A DNA stretch of 64,000 nucleotides, from NCBI GenBank assembly GCA_951406725.2, contig OX597820.1:58404001-58468000 (forward strand), read 5' to 3'. Both the position numbers and the translations under genes were made by a program. Below, one piece after another: positions 1-13,399 of this stretch. How positions within the stretch are numbered: position 1 is the first letter of the stretch; every line of letters starts with the position of its first letter. The stretch comes from Octopus vulgaris (Eukaryota). The notes under the pieces were generated by a model. That model was not told the origin of the DNA. It was given only the letters and a program-made list of their open reading frames with translations, and did not search any database.

Positions 1-422
1 CAGCCGTATATCAGACGAGCTACAACAGAACCACTCCTGAGTTTCCTGTTAATCAATAAGTTTGAGGCATCAACAGGTTTTTCAAACTGGAGATGATTCT
101 CATGACTTTAACCTCCTCAGCTCAACAGGAAGCCATAGTTGCATTCAACTCAAAAACAAGCAAAACACTCTTCGACAATATAGTCTTCTCGACACACTAA
201 TAAAATATTTTAGTCCTGAATTTGGACAGTCGAGTGGTTAGATCAATAACCGTAAGTCTGAGAAATCGTATTTTGCTAGACTCATTGTTATGGATTTTAT
301 ATGTATTATATTAATGCTTGGTTTTATGTTCAATTATAACTAAGAACAATTTTACATTAATCAGAGGCGTTCCACTATATTTTTGTAAAGTATAAATTTC
401 TTCTTCTTAAACATGAATATTG

Positions 423-467
423 ACAGTGACTTCGAAGTTACGGCCAACTAAGCCATCATCGGACTGC
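423..467 (-). ncRNA. Degenerate hammerhead motif (CCGAUGA / GUAAC core variants) in a Penelope-like terminal repeat
   Basis: GCAGU-CCGAUGA-U-GGCU..GGCC-GUAAC-UUCGAA-GUC/ACUGU; stems pair; related copy at about 16975-17015. Confidence 0.5.
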
Positions 468-558
468 CTACGATGGCTTAAGAATAGATAGATAGATAGA
501 TAGATAGATATACATACATACATACATACATACATACATACATACATACATACATACA

Positions 559-1437
559 CAAGGTGCAATGGGTAAATTGTCGCCGTTTTATATTTTTAAT
601 TTCGTGTATGTGCATTGATTGCTTTTGATTCTGTCGACTACACAGTATTGTAGGGTCAGTTGGACACAGTTTCTGAGAAAGGCAGCATCATGACGCGATT
701 CACTCTGCAAGAAATTCGGAAACGACATGCTCTACTGCTTGGCATTCGCGCCGGAAGCTCCCCCTATCAACAGATGGGGAACATAGAACATCCGTTGGCT
801 TGCCGTGTCCTCAAAACATGTACCAAGAGTGATAAAAAACAAACATCCAGTCAACATCATGGTGTTTGGAGAGATCACTAATGATGGCGACGTTATGCCT
901 CCATTCAACTTCCCACACGGCCTCAAACTCGACACGGAGGCCTACATCAAGTGCCTGGAGGAGGTAGCGCAGGCCTTGATCAAGAGGGTAGCTGCTGGAA
1001 GACCCTGGCAACACGACTCTGCACGATGCCACACAAGCAGGAGGACCCAGTCATGGCTGTCAGACAATTTTTGCGACCACATCGCCCCTGACATCTAGCC
1101 ACCAAACGCCCCAGACTGTAATGCCCTTGGTTATTATGTGTGGGGCACAACTGAGCGAGAGACCAACAAAACTCCTTGTAACACCAAAGATGAACTGAAG
1201 GCAAGGATTACAGCAGCATTCACCAACTTAAACAAGGAGACCGTTCAGAAGAGTTGCAGGAAATTCTGAAATCGCCTGGAGGCCATGGTTGAAGCCAATG
1301 GCGATTTTATTGAAAAAATTTACTCTTCAGTATTTCAAGATATTTTTATGTAATATTGGTAAATATATCTATTAAAATGAGATGTCATTGTTATTTTCAT
1401 TTTTGCGTAATTTAGACGACAATATATTCACCACATC

Positions 1438-1442
<5 letters not shown>
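559..1442 (+). mobile_element. Internally deleted maT-type (DD37D) Tc1/mariner transposon
   Basis: Decayed transposase MVFGEIT..QHDSARCH..PPNAPDCNALGY, with 37 residues from the second Asp to the (mutated) third position; imperfect terminal inverted repeats in microsatellite context. Confidence 0.75.
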
Positions 1443-1485
<43 letters not shown>

Positions 1486-1931
1486 GTACGTATGTATGTA
1501 TGTATGTATGTATGTATGTATGTATGTATGTATGTATGTATGTATGTATGTATGTATATATGTATGTATATATGTATGTATGTATTATGTATGTACGTAT
1601 GTATGTATGTATGTATGTATAATATGGAAGAATAGGTGCATTGAACAAAAAGATTTTTTGTGATATTTGGTTGAATATGACACCCACTCAACTTTGCCTT
1701 TCTTTCTCGATAACATAAAGTAAATATCAGCAAAATTAATTGTGATCAATACAATCGACCAAAACGTTTGAAGGCATGGCCGCAACCCCACAACTGAAAC
1801 TCTAAAAGGATTTTTATTAAATATTTGAATACTACACAAAAGAAATGGGAAGAAAAGAAAAGAAAAGAAAAGTTCAGTGTAAGTAGAATTAAGAAATCTG
1901 CTTAGGATGTTAATGATGTCATAAGATTTAC

Positions 1932-2055
1932 CTCTAAAGGTGTACTGCTGAACGAGAGATCTGTATATCCCACAATATCACTGAAGAACACTGATACACA
2001 ATCAAATGATTCCGGTTCTACAGGTTTACCGAGCTTCAGTTGGTTTGCAATTGAT
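1932..2055 (-). CDS. Receptor GC exon (cyclase start): SIANQLKLGKPVEPESFDCVSVFFSDIVGYTDLSFSSTPLE
   Basis: CAG acceptor, GTAAAT donor, 124 nt, phase 2/0; contains the first metal-binding Asp (FSDIVG). Confidence 0.96.
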
Positions 2056-2474
2056 CTGAAAAGAACAAATATTAATGTTGATTTTGTGGACACCTTTTTG
2101 CAGTCTTATCCTTTTATTTATTTATTTTTTTTTTTTTTATGGTGCAGTAATCAATATACCATATCAATGTAAGGTGCTCTAATGGTCAGGCTGGCCATTT
2201 ATTTATATCTGCACACGCATGTCTGTAAAAGGGGCTTGTGTGCGTGTGTCTGTTTGTGTGTGCGTGTATGTGTGGTGTGTGTGTGTGTGTAGATTGGCAA
2301 TTGCCCTTGCATCAAAGTCTCCTACTTTCCACGCCTTCAATGTTGTTCGATAAATGCAACTGAATGTAAACAAATATCTGAAGCAGGTGGAGAGCCGGAA
2401 ATTGTAGAGCACCGAACTAAATCCCTGCAAGACATCTACATTCAAATTCCACTAGACAGGAGAATTTAAATTTT

Positions 2475-2521
<47 letters not shown>

Positions 2522-3901
2522 GTATATCTCTCTATCTCCTTCCCTCCCTCTCTCCTCTCCCATCCACTGCTCTCAACAGTATCGACATTAATGCCAACAG
2601 CAACAGCCCAACTATCTTACCCTTTTTGGGAAATTGGGTGTTACACAGAAATTGTACGAATAGGACGTAAGTTTTAACCAATTAAACTTTCACATGGATC
2701 ACTTAGAGAAAAGCAGTTCTCTACTGTTTGTGACAGAGATACTCTATATTCAATGAGTTTTTCACTTACCGATCTCATGTTAGCGAGGGACTGAAAGCAT
2801 TCAACGCGCAACAAGAAAAGTGGCATGTTCGCAAATGATAACTAACCTCTCCAACTAAACCTTTATCCATCCCGTCTAGGACCGGATAGGTAAATGTATA
2901 TATCAAGGGCTGAAATATACAGTCAAGGATTTTCTAATGAAGGAGAAGCTGATTATTATAGGTTCTGATGGACAACCATAAACCGAAATTTCAGTACTGA
3001 GCCATAAAGCCTTTAGTTAGAAAAGTTTGAAAAGTAAGAATTAATGCAACAACACTAACTGGACTGTTCGTGCAAAGGAGATCAAGACTTTAGCAACTCC
3101 AGATCATTCTTCAGGTTAAAACATTTTAGAAAGATCTGCTGATGTATATTTACATGTGAGCTCTGCTCGAAAAGACTTATGATCTTATTCCAACCTAGCT
3201 TTTTGCATACCTAGGACCATATTGTCCAAAGTGTCCTTTTTTTTAAACGGTGCACATTTGTAGAAATTCGATCGACCACAGAGTTTTATCTCAGTGATTG
3301 GAAAGGTGGATTTCATTTTTATAGGCGGCAGGAATATACGATTAACGGATTGTATCGTTCTTGTACAATGTTAAACTTCTAAGTCTCCGGTAAGCAAAAC
3401 CTTTAGAATGAAGTAAAAGAAGCAGAAAGAAAGAATTTTCGAGTCCCAGAACTCCGTTGCCTTTTGATCATTTATTCATTTATTTATTTATATATCTGTT
3501 TCAACGAGCTTGGTTACCTTTAGATGCTACACATGGGTATCAGCCTAGCATATCTGATAGCACATTCTTAGTCATAAACACATACGCATTACCATCAAAA
3601 GATACGGCATTAACACCATCACCACCATGAAACACCATATTAAGTCATTTAATCCATCGCTCAATTTAGCATGTTCACTTGGCCATTAGATGGCTTTAGC
3701 AGGATCCACTCTGCTGCAGGTATTCGGGAAGCAGGTCTCTAGTTTGAGCATAGATGCACTTCTTACACCAACAACTCATGTGTAATGATTTCATCTAATT
3801 TTTTTGTCTCCATCAGTCTCGACAACTTTGCAAACATCATGGCCGTGACCCTTTTTCCTCTGATGCGATATTTAAAGAAACAAGCCCAGTTATATACTTA
3901 C

Positions 3902-4048
3902 GATGGTAGAATTTGATGTAAGAGTGTTTCCAATTTCTTTCGCTCTGTTTCCAGCTGTACAGTTCGTTCGTCAACCAAGGACTGTAAGTTTGAAGCATAC
4001 ATTTCCATTCTTCCCAAAAGAGTCTCCATTATGTCTTTATCTTTCCCT
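3902..4048 (-). CDS. Receptor GC exon (dimerisation coiled coil): KGKDKDIMETLLGRMEMYASNLQSLVDERTVQLETERKKLETLLHQILP
   Basis: TAG acceptor, GTAAGT donor, 147 nt, phase 2/2. Confidence 0.96.
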
Positions 4049-5063
4049 CTATAAATTGAAAATAAGACTTGAATTACAGCATGGAAGACGCACAAACGTC
4101 ATTAATATATCATGAACAACAAAGGCGACGAACTGGCGGAATCATTAGCACGCTGGACAAACTGCATAGCGGCATTTCGTCCGTCTTTTCGTTCTGAGTT
4201 AAAATTCTTTCTTTCATCATTTCAGCGCCGATAAAATAAGTATCAGCTGAGTATTGGAGTCGATGTATTCGACTTATCCTCTGCCCCTAAATTGCTGACC
4301 TTGTACCGAAATTTGAAACCAATTTATTATGAATTGTATATACGATTAGCGTAAAAAGAATACTATACATTTTGGCCCTCAACGTATACATCTTGTATTA
4401 TTTTAACCAATTAGTAAAACATTAGCTATCTCTAAAGCCTCCTGGTCCAGATACAAGTCTATATCATGAATTATTCTCAACAAAAGAGCCGCTAAATGAT
4501 CGCCCGTTTTGTAAAATTTAGCAGCTAAATCTACCCCAAATTACACCTTACAAACGTAAAGAAAAGAACTCATGGATATGATTCAGGGTTCGCTGCACAT
4601 AGAAAAAGACAAGATTGTCACGAGTGAAATACTTTTGGTCATAGGTCAGTTCGGTCAAAGGATTAAACAACGACAAGCCACTACTAAAATATATGGGTTC
4701 CTAATTTAGACAACCAGGTGAACTAAACACGAGAAATAAATCCTAGTCCTACACCGGATGCCAGTTTATTACAAGCAACATTCCTAAATGATTTGGTATC
4801 AATCCTGGCAGCTAAGTGAACGAAGTGAACAGAGTAGAAAATACAGCATTAGGTGCAGACGTTGCTCTGTGGTAAAAAAAGAAAAAAGTTTGCTTCCCAA
4901 CCATATGGTCCCGGGTTCAGAGCCACTGCGAGGCAACTAGGGCAAGCGTCTCCTATTATAGCTCCGGGCCGACCAAAGCTTTGTGAATGAATTTAGTTGA
5001 CAGAAACTGAAAGAAGACCGTCGTAGGTAGATGCATAAATAGACAGACACACAGACAGAAGAC

Positions 5064-5119
<56 letters not shown>

Positions 5120-5452
5120 GTGTATCTGTCTTTGTATTTGTCTCCCACTACCCCTTAACAACTGGTATTAAGACTAATAAATTTGTATTCTACAAAAGTA
5201 TAGAGTAACCCATCAGATTAATGTAAAATTGTTTTTTATCATAAATGTGCGTCGAATAAAAAACAGTTTTATTTGGTTAAGTCCTGCTTACTTCCCTTTA
5301 CCGCTATGTCTACTTTGCTTTTCGTTATCCTCCAATATCGATAATAAAATTAGTACTAGACAAAATACAAGGAATAAACCTTTGAAAACGGGCTCCATGT
5401 GGCTGAAGTTTAATAATTGAAACAAGCAAAATCATGAAAGAATTATACTTAC

Positions 5453-5615
5453 TTATTCTTGGACTTAATGATATTTAAGATTATTTTCAAATCAGGTCTA
5501 TCGTCTGGATTTTCCCTCCAACATTTTTGTATCAATTCGCAAAAAAATTCGGATGGTGTCTCCAAAGTGGGGCGAAATGGAGGTTTCAGACCAGCTTCAA
5601 CTCTGCTTACGATTT
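5453..5615 (-). CDS. Receptor GC exon (KHD end): EIVSRVEAGLKPPFRPTL...CWRENPDDRPDLKIILNIIKSKN
   Basis: TAG acceptor, GTAAGT donor, 163 nt, phase 1/2; FRP and CW.E.P..RP motifs. Confidence 0.95.
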
Positions 5616-5848
5616 CTATATAAAATTAAAGTTAAATATAATTTGTACTTATTCCATTGGTAGACTTCAAAGTTGAAATCATAAATTACAGATAAATGAA
5701 TGGAAGAACATCATACTACAATCCCACTACATGACACTTTGAACATATGTCTATGTTCCAGGGTCCCGGGCTATCAAATGCTTTGTGAGAAAATTTAATA
5801 GACCGGAAGGCATGAATTGTGTGAAAGCCGTCGCGTGCGTATATATAT

Positions 5849-6298
5849 ACTAGCAGCATAGCCCGGCGTTGCCTGGGTATGTAAGAGCCCCTAGTAGGCA
5901 ACGACTAATCCCAATCTAGTCCTTTCCCTCTAGGGAACGAAGGCGCATGTGTGGGTTGCAATGTCTTCTCTTCACTCGAATACTTCTGTGTATACGATGT
6001 TCCTAGCTGTCCCTTTGGGCGAAAACATGAAAACATCATTGTGCCTCCCAACGCGTGAACAGCCCACGTACAGCCCAGAAAATGTGTTGCATATAAAAAG
6101 CTTAGATTCTCGACCCCATGTCGAATTTATCGGTTTTTTTCAGAACTGGGGGAACTTTTCAAAATTTTCGCTGCGTTAGTTTTGAATTATGACATTGGGC
6201 TATGTATGTGTCAAGTTTCATCAGAATCGGTTGAAAGCCGTGGTCAGGGTGAGGGTACAACCTGACAGACACAAAGACACACAGACAGACAAACTGCC

Positions 6299-6310
<12 letters not shown>
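5849..6310 (-). mobile_element. Non-autonomous Helitron-like element in (TA)n
   Basis: Minus-strand 3' end is a GC hairpin (CCCAGGCAACGCCGGG) followed by CTAG; the other end merges into the TA repeat. Confidence 0.55.
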
Positions 6311-6334
<24 letters not shown>

Positions 6335-6435
6335 ATAAATATTAGGGAATAAATCCAAACTTACAAGGAAAAATTTATGTATTGGATTAAGTCTTTCTTT
6401 GTTTGATTTGCATAATAGTGGTTTTGTCTCTAATT

Positions 6436-6466
<31 letters not shown>

Positions 6467-6472
<6 letters not shown>

Positions 6473-6852
6473 TATAAATAAGGATATCTGAGAGATACCA
6501 CCATGCCGAAGTAGCAGTCAAGACTCCGACTCAAAAAACCACCTTAAATGTTCATATCGCGCTATGAGATAAGACAGAAAGACAAAATTATTGGAAGCAA
6601 AGCCAGAAATCCAAGATCTTGGAATTATCCAGTAAAATCTTTTTTGCTAGTTTATTTTGTCTCTCTGTCTTATCTCATGGCACGATATGAACATTTAAGG
6701 TGGTTCTTGGAGTCGGGATCTTGACTGCTATTTCGGCATGGTGGTATCTCTCAGATACCCTTATTTATAGTTTTAAATAATTATTACCTTTGTATGGTAT
6801 TTATTCCCATGCTGGCCACTTGATAAGATCGATATTTAAATATCGATATTAT

Positions 6853-6858
<6 letters not shown>
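6467..6858. repeat. Inverted repeat (arms about 6467-6590 and 6652-6775), probable Penelope-like terminal repeat remnant
   Basis: Arms are reverse complements; 6775-6858 belongs to the same family as 23468-23545. Confidence 0.65.
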
Positions 6859-6892
<34 letters not shown>

Positions 6893-8141
6893 TTGCATTT
6901 TCTCTCCTACCATTTGACAATTGGAGGGGATTGGTTTGTGCCTTAAAGTTAGTTCCGAGGTCCAAATGTTCGACTAGACCCTTCAAGGCCCACAAATGAC
7001 CGACCGCAGTACACCGACTGAAACAAGAATATAATTGTTCCTAATTTGGTCTCAAGTTAAACAATATGGAGGTGAGGCATTAGTCGATACCATCGACCCT
7101 ATTACTTGATCGGTACTGAATTTCATCAACCCGAATGTTTGAAAGGCAATGTTGACCTCGGCGAGATTTGGGCCCAGAATATAAAGGGACGAAAAAATAC
7201 TGCAAGACACTTCTTCCGACATTTTAACGATTCTACGGATCTACCTGAAGACAGTGATCCTGTAGATGGCATGTTAAAGAGGTTTTGTAAAGCAATACGC
7301 TTGAGCGGTTTCTCATTATTATTCTTTACGCAGACGCGATGAGAATATTTTAATGAATAGTCTTTGTAGAATAAACCAAGGAGAATACACTTAAGTATTC
7401 TAGGTATTCTATTACAGTATTGATGCCTAAACATTTGCATCCAGTTCACCTGGAAAACTAACGATTTAACTCCTCATACGAATGGGAAAGGAAAATCCAT
7501 TTTAAATGTATAGTAAATTGCACCTTATAAACAACTGGACACGTGGATCTTTTAGATATAAAAAAAAAACTTAGTCTTTATTTTGTGATTTAAGAAGCCA
7601 TACTTAATTGTTGTCTTTTCCCAAACTTGTGAAAGGAACTGAGCTTCGTATCGCAGCTTAATAGAGTGCTTGTTAAATATACAGTGACATAACAGTAAAG
7701 TAGCAGAAGCTATGAGGGCGGCGGCAAAAATGTCACAGTTCTTTCCGTTCCAAGTTCAAATGCCGCCAAATGCTATTTTGCCTTTCGGTCTTTACGCATC
7801 GATAAAAAAAAAAGTACCACTCAACTATTAAGGTCAATAAAAGCTCAAAATACAAAGACTCAGTTATCTTCAGAAGTAACTAATGCATGTTCGTGATGCC
7901 TCTTGATATTGTGGTGATTCCTTGGAAGCTTGATTGTTCATTTATGCAACTCAGTTTCATATATAATATTCTAACCATGAATTTTAGTTGGCGCCCTGTC
8001 ATTTAGTCCAATGTGTCTCTCTAATTTCAATGTGCTTTGTACTGAAACACTCACGCTAATAGACACACTCAAACACGCACACGTTCCAAAAACAAAAACA
8101 AAAACTACTTTTAGAGAATGTGAAAAGAAATGATAATATAC

Positions 8142-8294
8142 CTTCTTCAGTTAAAGTCGAACTTTCAGATTCAAATGGGAGACACTCATAAAGTATTTCC
8201 TGCATAATGATACCTACTGAATAGACATCGCCTTTCTGTGAGCCTCGTACTGGCATCGTAGATCTGAGATGTTCTGGAGCTCGCCATAACAGTT
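8142..8294 (-). CDS. Receptor GC exon (KHD): KLLWRAPEHLRSTMPVRGSQKGDVYSVGIIMQEILYECLPF...TEE
   Basis: CAG acceptor, GTATAT donor, 153 nt, phase 1/1. Confidence 0.95.
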
Positions 8295-8926
8295 CTGAAA
8301 TTACAACTCTTTGATTTAGACAAAAACATTTTCATGCTGTTGTAACTCGGTAATCTTCAACATAGCACTAAAAAAATTGTAATGAAATTATCTGATATAT
8401 CTGAGACAAAGATGAAATGAGTAAAAACAAGCTTAAAACGTTTCTATTTTCTGCTTCACTAGTAACAAATTATGGAGGATAATAATATTCAGTAAGAGAA
8501 AATTAGGAATTAGAATTGTTATTGTTGTCCAGTCTCCGAGTCAGCTCTGATGGAGCCGTCTTCTGATGCGAATAGCTGGACGCAATCCATACAACTATTT
8601 TTCATGTTATTCATGTTATTCAGCTGAGGACCACACTGCATACTCCAGCATGTAATGAGGGATCGTATAAAGTGTTAGTGTTACAGTCTGTAAGTTTCAC
8701 TATAAATACTATGCAGTCTACCTTCTTTTCTTTGCGTCCGCATATACAAACGATGTCGACACAGAGGTGGGCAAAGAGCATTTGGTCAGAGTGCACCGAT
8801 GCTTTTCCTTTTCAAATGCATTGGCGGCAGAATGAAGTGAAATAATTACAAGTAGTTGACCTAAATCGAGAACCCGGAAACATTACTAACGTATTATGTT
8901 CGAGATTACACACACACACACACACG

Positions 8927-8977
<51 letters not shown>

Positions 8978-9255
8978 GGAGGCGCAATGGCTCAGTGGTT
9001 ATGGCAGCGGACTCGCGGTCGTAGGATCGCGGTTTCGATTCCCAGACCGGGCGTTGAGAGTGTTTATTGAGCGAAAACACCTTAAAGCTCTACGAAGCTC
9101 CGGCAGGGGGTGGTGACCCCTGATGTACTCTTTCTTTCTCTCTTTCTTCTGTTGGCCTGCTCGCTTAGCCAGCGGGGTGGCGTCATTTGAAGGCTAAAAC
9201 AATGCGAACGCATTGTGACCAGCATCTGATGGTCTGGTCAGTCATGTGATCATGT
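8978..9255 (+). mobile_element. tRNA-derived SINE family A; other copies at about 10399-10617 +, 14985-15460 +, 20205-20510 +, 21230-21530 -, 31044-31322 +, 53160-53650 -, 57345-57497 -
   Basis: Shared head GGAGGCGCAATGGCCCAGTGGTTAGGGCAGCGGACTCGCGG..GGTTTCGATTCC with pol III A/B-box-like motifs; multiple dispersed copies. Confidence 0.85.
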
Positions 9256-9379
9256 GATATATATAGATACTTATATTCTCATATTCTCATTACTGCCTGT
9301 ACTCGACTAACGGTTCGTTCTGAAGCATGTGTATATTGAGTTCTACACTAGGTTATTCGCCGTGCAATGCCTAAACAAG

Positions 9380-9418
<39 letters not shown>

Positions 9419-9811
9419 ATAAAGAATTTAATCGTCGGCGAAACACTTGCGAAAAATCCGTAGAAATACAATTAAAGGTATGTGTTAAAACACGAACTGG
9501 CATGATATGTTTATTCTTTTTATAATGATGGTCATATTTATTGGTTATCAGGAGGTGTCATGGCCGTGTGATTAAGAATTTCGCTTCTAAGTTTGATGCC
9601 ATTTAGCAGTGCCTCGGGAAAGTATCTTCTAGCATAGCCCAAGGTTAAACAATGCCTTGTGAGAAAAATTATATAACGGAGACTGTGCAAAACCTTATTG
9701 TTTTGTATATGTTTGGCTGTGTGTGTGTGTGTGTGTGTGTGTGGCAGAAATATGTACAAATCGGCGGGAAAATTACGGATAAAGCAGCTACATCGAGCAA
9801 AAAAGACTAAC

Positions 9812-9974
9812 TTTTGTATTCCTCACTGAACTTTGGAGGGTAGATATTCTGTTTATAGAGCTGACCAAGTCCATAGTCAGAGACCTTTAATACGAAGCGT
9901 CCATCAATAACACAGTTGGAAGAGGTTAACCGTCCGTGCGACTTTATATCGGAATCGTGCAGAAAGATCATTCC
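9812..9974 (-). CDS. Receptor GC exon (KHD): [36 protein letters not shown]...FSEEYK
   Basis: AAG acceptor, GTTAGT donor, 163 nt, phase 0/1 (in-frame alternative donor at 9827); pseudokinase HG.L.SSNC and DYG motifs. Confidence 0.92.
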
Positions 9975-10658
9975 CTTAATGAAAAAAACAAAAAGAAAAA
10001 TATATTATTCTGTATCAAAATTTTTGTAGCTCTAATTAATGGAACTGTGTCAGTGATCAGGCCGCAATTTGAGCAACGAAAGTTTTAACACCAAATGTTA
10101 AGTATTTGAGCGAAGATAAGTTTGTTTTAATGGCTAACATGCGTTTTCCACACTGCAATTGCTTTAGTTTCTACACTGTCTCACATCAAATCACCAGACA
10201 ATTACATGTACGGAACAGAATTTTTTAAAAAAAGGAAGAAAATATACAGACTGAGACGGAATAATTGCAACAGAAAAAATCTCCAAAATTTCTTTATTAA
10301 ACTGAATGATTTGGGGAAGAAAAGTCTTTTAAATTCAAATAATTCTTTACAATTTTTCGTTTCATTATTCCTTTATATGTCATTAGATTATAAACAGTGG
10401 AGACGCAATGGCCCAGTGGTTAGGGCAGCGGACTCGTGGTCGGAGGATCGCTGTTTCGATTTCCAGACCGGGCGTTGTGTGTGTTTATTGAGCGAAAACA
10501 CCTAAAGCGTCACGAGGCTGCGGGGGGTTGGGGGGCAACCCCTGTTCTACTCTTTTGCTTCAATTTTCTCTCACTCTTTCTTCCTGTTTCTTGAGTAACG
10601 CAGCGATGGACTGGCATCAATCCCGAAGGGCAGAGTTAATCTAAATGTGATTTGAGCC

Positions 10659-10691
<33 letters not shown>

Positions 10692-11536
10692 AACACACAC
10701 ATCCACGGAAAATTAAAGATAGAGCAAATGGCGACCTCCTGAGGACTTAAGTCCGTGATCTGATTTCGATTCCAGCTATTTCATAGCACGTATAGCATTA
10801 GTACTCTTGATAGTTACGTACTTGTGTACGTGTAATGTCTTTTTCCATTCCCAAAACCTCTCTCTGGTAGAAATTACTGATTTTGCTAATTTGTTTCTTT
10901 GACTTATAAATAACCATTAAAAAATCAAAAAAGTATTAAATATCATTCTGAGGATAAAAGATATGGTGTTTGTTTTGTCTATCCGACATAGAATTACCGT
11001 GATCTGGTCTGATAAGTATATGTTTCTGTTCTGTAAATACTAATCGAAAATTCTTGAATACGCCAGATGTTCAAGTAGGCTATACTTACCATCTTACCAG
11101 CTTATGTAGCTCTTATCCATATATCAATCAACTAGTGTTGAACATAACTGCATATGTTGATGACACAAAATAAAAAGTCAGATAAATTACTCTTTTTTAA
11201 CGAAGAGATTGTTGAATATTTTCTTCGTTTTATTTTCAAGGACTTTTAAAATTTAAAAAGAAGCCATATTTTCACATTTTTATTTCAGTTTATCTGACAT
11301 TCTGGCGACTTACCATTCAGGCAAACATCCAACGGTTGGAATTACAAAACTACATAGAAAATTGTGGAACTGTGCAGCTATAAACGTTAATATCGTTGAA
11401 TGTACACATGATTGAAATACATTGTACACTGCATCTAAAAGTATTAACTTTCAATGCATCAGCATCCTTAAGTTTTTGCTAAGTATAATTTATTACGCAA
11501 ATAAAAAAATATTCATTACTTACAGGCGTAATGAAT

Positions 11537-11955
11537 AGGCTCAGGAGTAGCTGTGTGGTAAGTAGCCTGCTTACCAACCACATGGTTCCGGCTTCAGTCC
11601 CACTGCGTGGCACCTTGTGCAAGTGTCTTCTACTATAGCCTCGGGCCGACCAAAGCCTTGTGAGTGGATTTGGTAGACGGAAACTGAAAGAAGCCTGTCG
11701 TATATATGTATATATATATATGTGTGTGTGGGAGGGTGTATGTTTGTGTGTCTGTGTTTGTCGCCCCAACGTCGCTTGACAACCTATGCTGGTGTGTTTA
11801 CGTCTCCGTAACTTAGCGGTTTGGCAAAAGAGACCGATAGAATAAGTACTAGGCTTACAAAGAATAAGTCCTGGGGTCTATTTGCTCGACTAAAGGCGGT
11901 GCTCCAGCATGGCCACAATCAAATGACTGAAACAAGTAAGAGAGTAAAAGAGTAG
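11537..11955 (+). mobile_element. tRNA-derived SINE family B with LINE-like tail; other copies at about 4851-5168 +, 11992-12360 +, 30818-31043 +, 34945-35354 -, 42835-43323 +
   Basis: Head TAGCTGTGTGGTAAG..GGTTCAGTCCCACTGCG, internal microsatellite, tail GGCGGTGCTCCAGCATGGCC..TGAAACAAGTA. Confidence 0.85.
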
Positions 11956-13004
11956 AGATTTAATTAAAAATTGGATGAACATTCACCGCATAGGTTCAGG
12001 CATAGTTGTGCGGTTAAGACGCTCGCTTTGCAACCACTTGGCTTTGGGTTCAGTGCCACTGCACGGTATTTCGAGCAAATGTCTTGTACTACAGCCTCAC
12101 CTATCATCGCCTTGTGAATGAAATTCATATATGTATATAAGGAGGGGGATATATTAGAGTTTGTGTTTGACACTCCTCCCACTGCTTGACAGATAGTGTT
12201 GGTCACTTAATGTCCCCGTAATCCAGTGGTTCAGCAAAAGGGGCCATTAGAATAAGTATTAGACTTAAAAATAAGTATTAGCGAAGATTTATTCGGCTAA
12301 AAGCCTTCAAAGTGGTACTCCAGCATGGCCGCAGTCTCACGATTGAAACTCGTAAAACACATAAGATCGGAATTCAATTAAAAATTAGATGCAAAATTTG
12401 AAGAAATTGGGTTGAGAATGATAAGCCATGATCAAGCTACTAACCAGCATAGATGCTGTCTAGGAAGTATTTGATAAGAATACAAAAAAATATCGCTAAA
12501 GCATTCACCTGCTGAACTAAATATTTTGTCATCAACAGGGCACAAGTTTCTGAAAGTGTAATTAATGAGCATATTGGCGGTTCAAATATTTCTGCCGACA
12601 GACAATGGCAAAAACTGCCAATACCCGTGAATCTTTAGCGATCTTTTAACTTTTACTTGTTTCAGTCATTCGACTACAGCCATGCTGTAGTCCAATGACT
12701 GAAACGCCTCGAATACTTGTTATTAAAAAGTATCTAGTTCTTATGCTATAGGTCGCTTAAGCCGGACAGCTAAGTAAACGTAGTAAACAAACCAATTCCT
12801 GTTGCCAAACGGTAGAGACATACACAGATTCATCTATATATATATTTAAATAGGTGAATGAATTATCCTATGTTTATCGTCAGCATGGAAAATTCGTTTA
12901 ACCGACACCTGGGTAGCAAATTCACGTCAGAAACACGGTTGAAGCGACGTGTCCAAGGGTAGAAACTCCGGGTTCATGTGTAGAAATTTGTATGTTGTAT
13001 ATGA

Positions 13005-13256
13005 ATAAATGAAAGAATGGAGTCGAACGAAGATGTTAACAAAATTCCTTTACTCTCGACATATGTTTCGAAGACAACATGTTTTCATTCCAAAGGAATA
13101 AAGGGTGCATTATGCAATCTTCTCATCAGGAAAGAAAGGGAGCCTCTCTCGACAACAAGACAAACAAACATTTTGATGACTGGCTACATGGTAAACAAAA
13201 CGATATGTTGAGAGTAAAGGAATTTTGTTAACATCTTCGTTCGATTCCATTCTTTC

Positions 13257-13262
<6 letters not shown>
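13005..13262. repeat. Inverted repeat, arms about 60 bp (13005-13064 / 13203-13262)
   Basis: Near-perfect reverse complements overlapping a hammerhead motif; Penelope-like architecture. Confidence 0.8.
13053..13134 (-). ncRNA. Minimal type-I hammerhead ribozyme motif, intact core
   Basis: CUUUC-CUGAUGA-GAAGA..UCUUC-GAAAC-AUAU-GUC/GAGAG; stems I, II and III all pair. Confidence 0.8.
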
Positions 13263-13287
<25 letters not shown>

Positions 13288-13399
13288 CAACGAGCTTCCA
13301 TACAGTTTTTACCTACCAAATTCAGTCACAAAGCTTTAGTCGTCTCACAATGCTTTGAGCCCTTGTAGAAGATATTTGCTCGAAGTGCCATGCAATCAG

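Noticed and set aside
1382-1733. ORFs of YI/MYVC/HT/CV repeats here and at many other sites (e.g. 37394-37723, 40490-41056, 57874-58453, 62530-63050)
   Set aside because: Translations of microsatellites, not genes.
6487-6540. Hammerhead-like CTGAGAG..GAA(G/A)T..GTC in the 6.5-kb inverted repeat
   Set aside because: The core does not fit CUGANGA and stems I and II do not pair convincingly.
8978-9055. tRNA-like sequences at SINE heads
   Set aside because: They continue into SINE bodies and do not form complete cloverleaves, so they are not called as tRNA genes.
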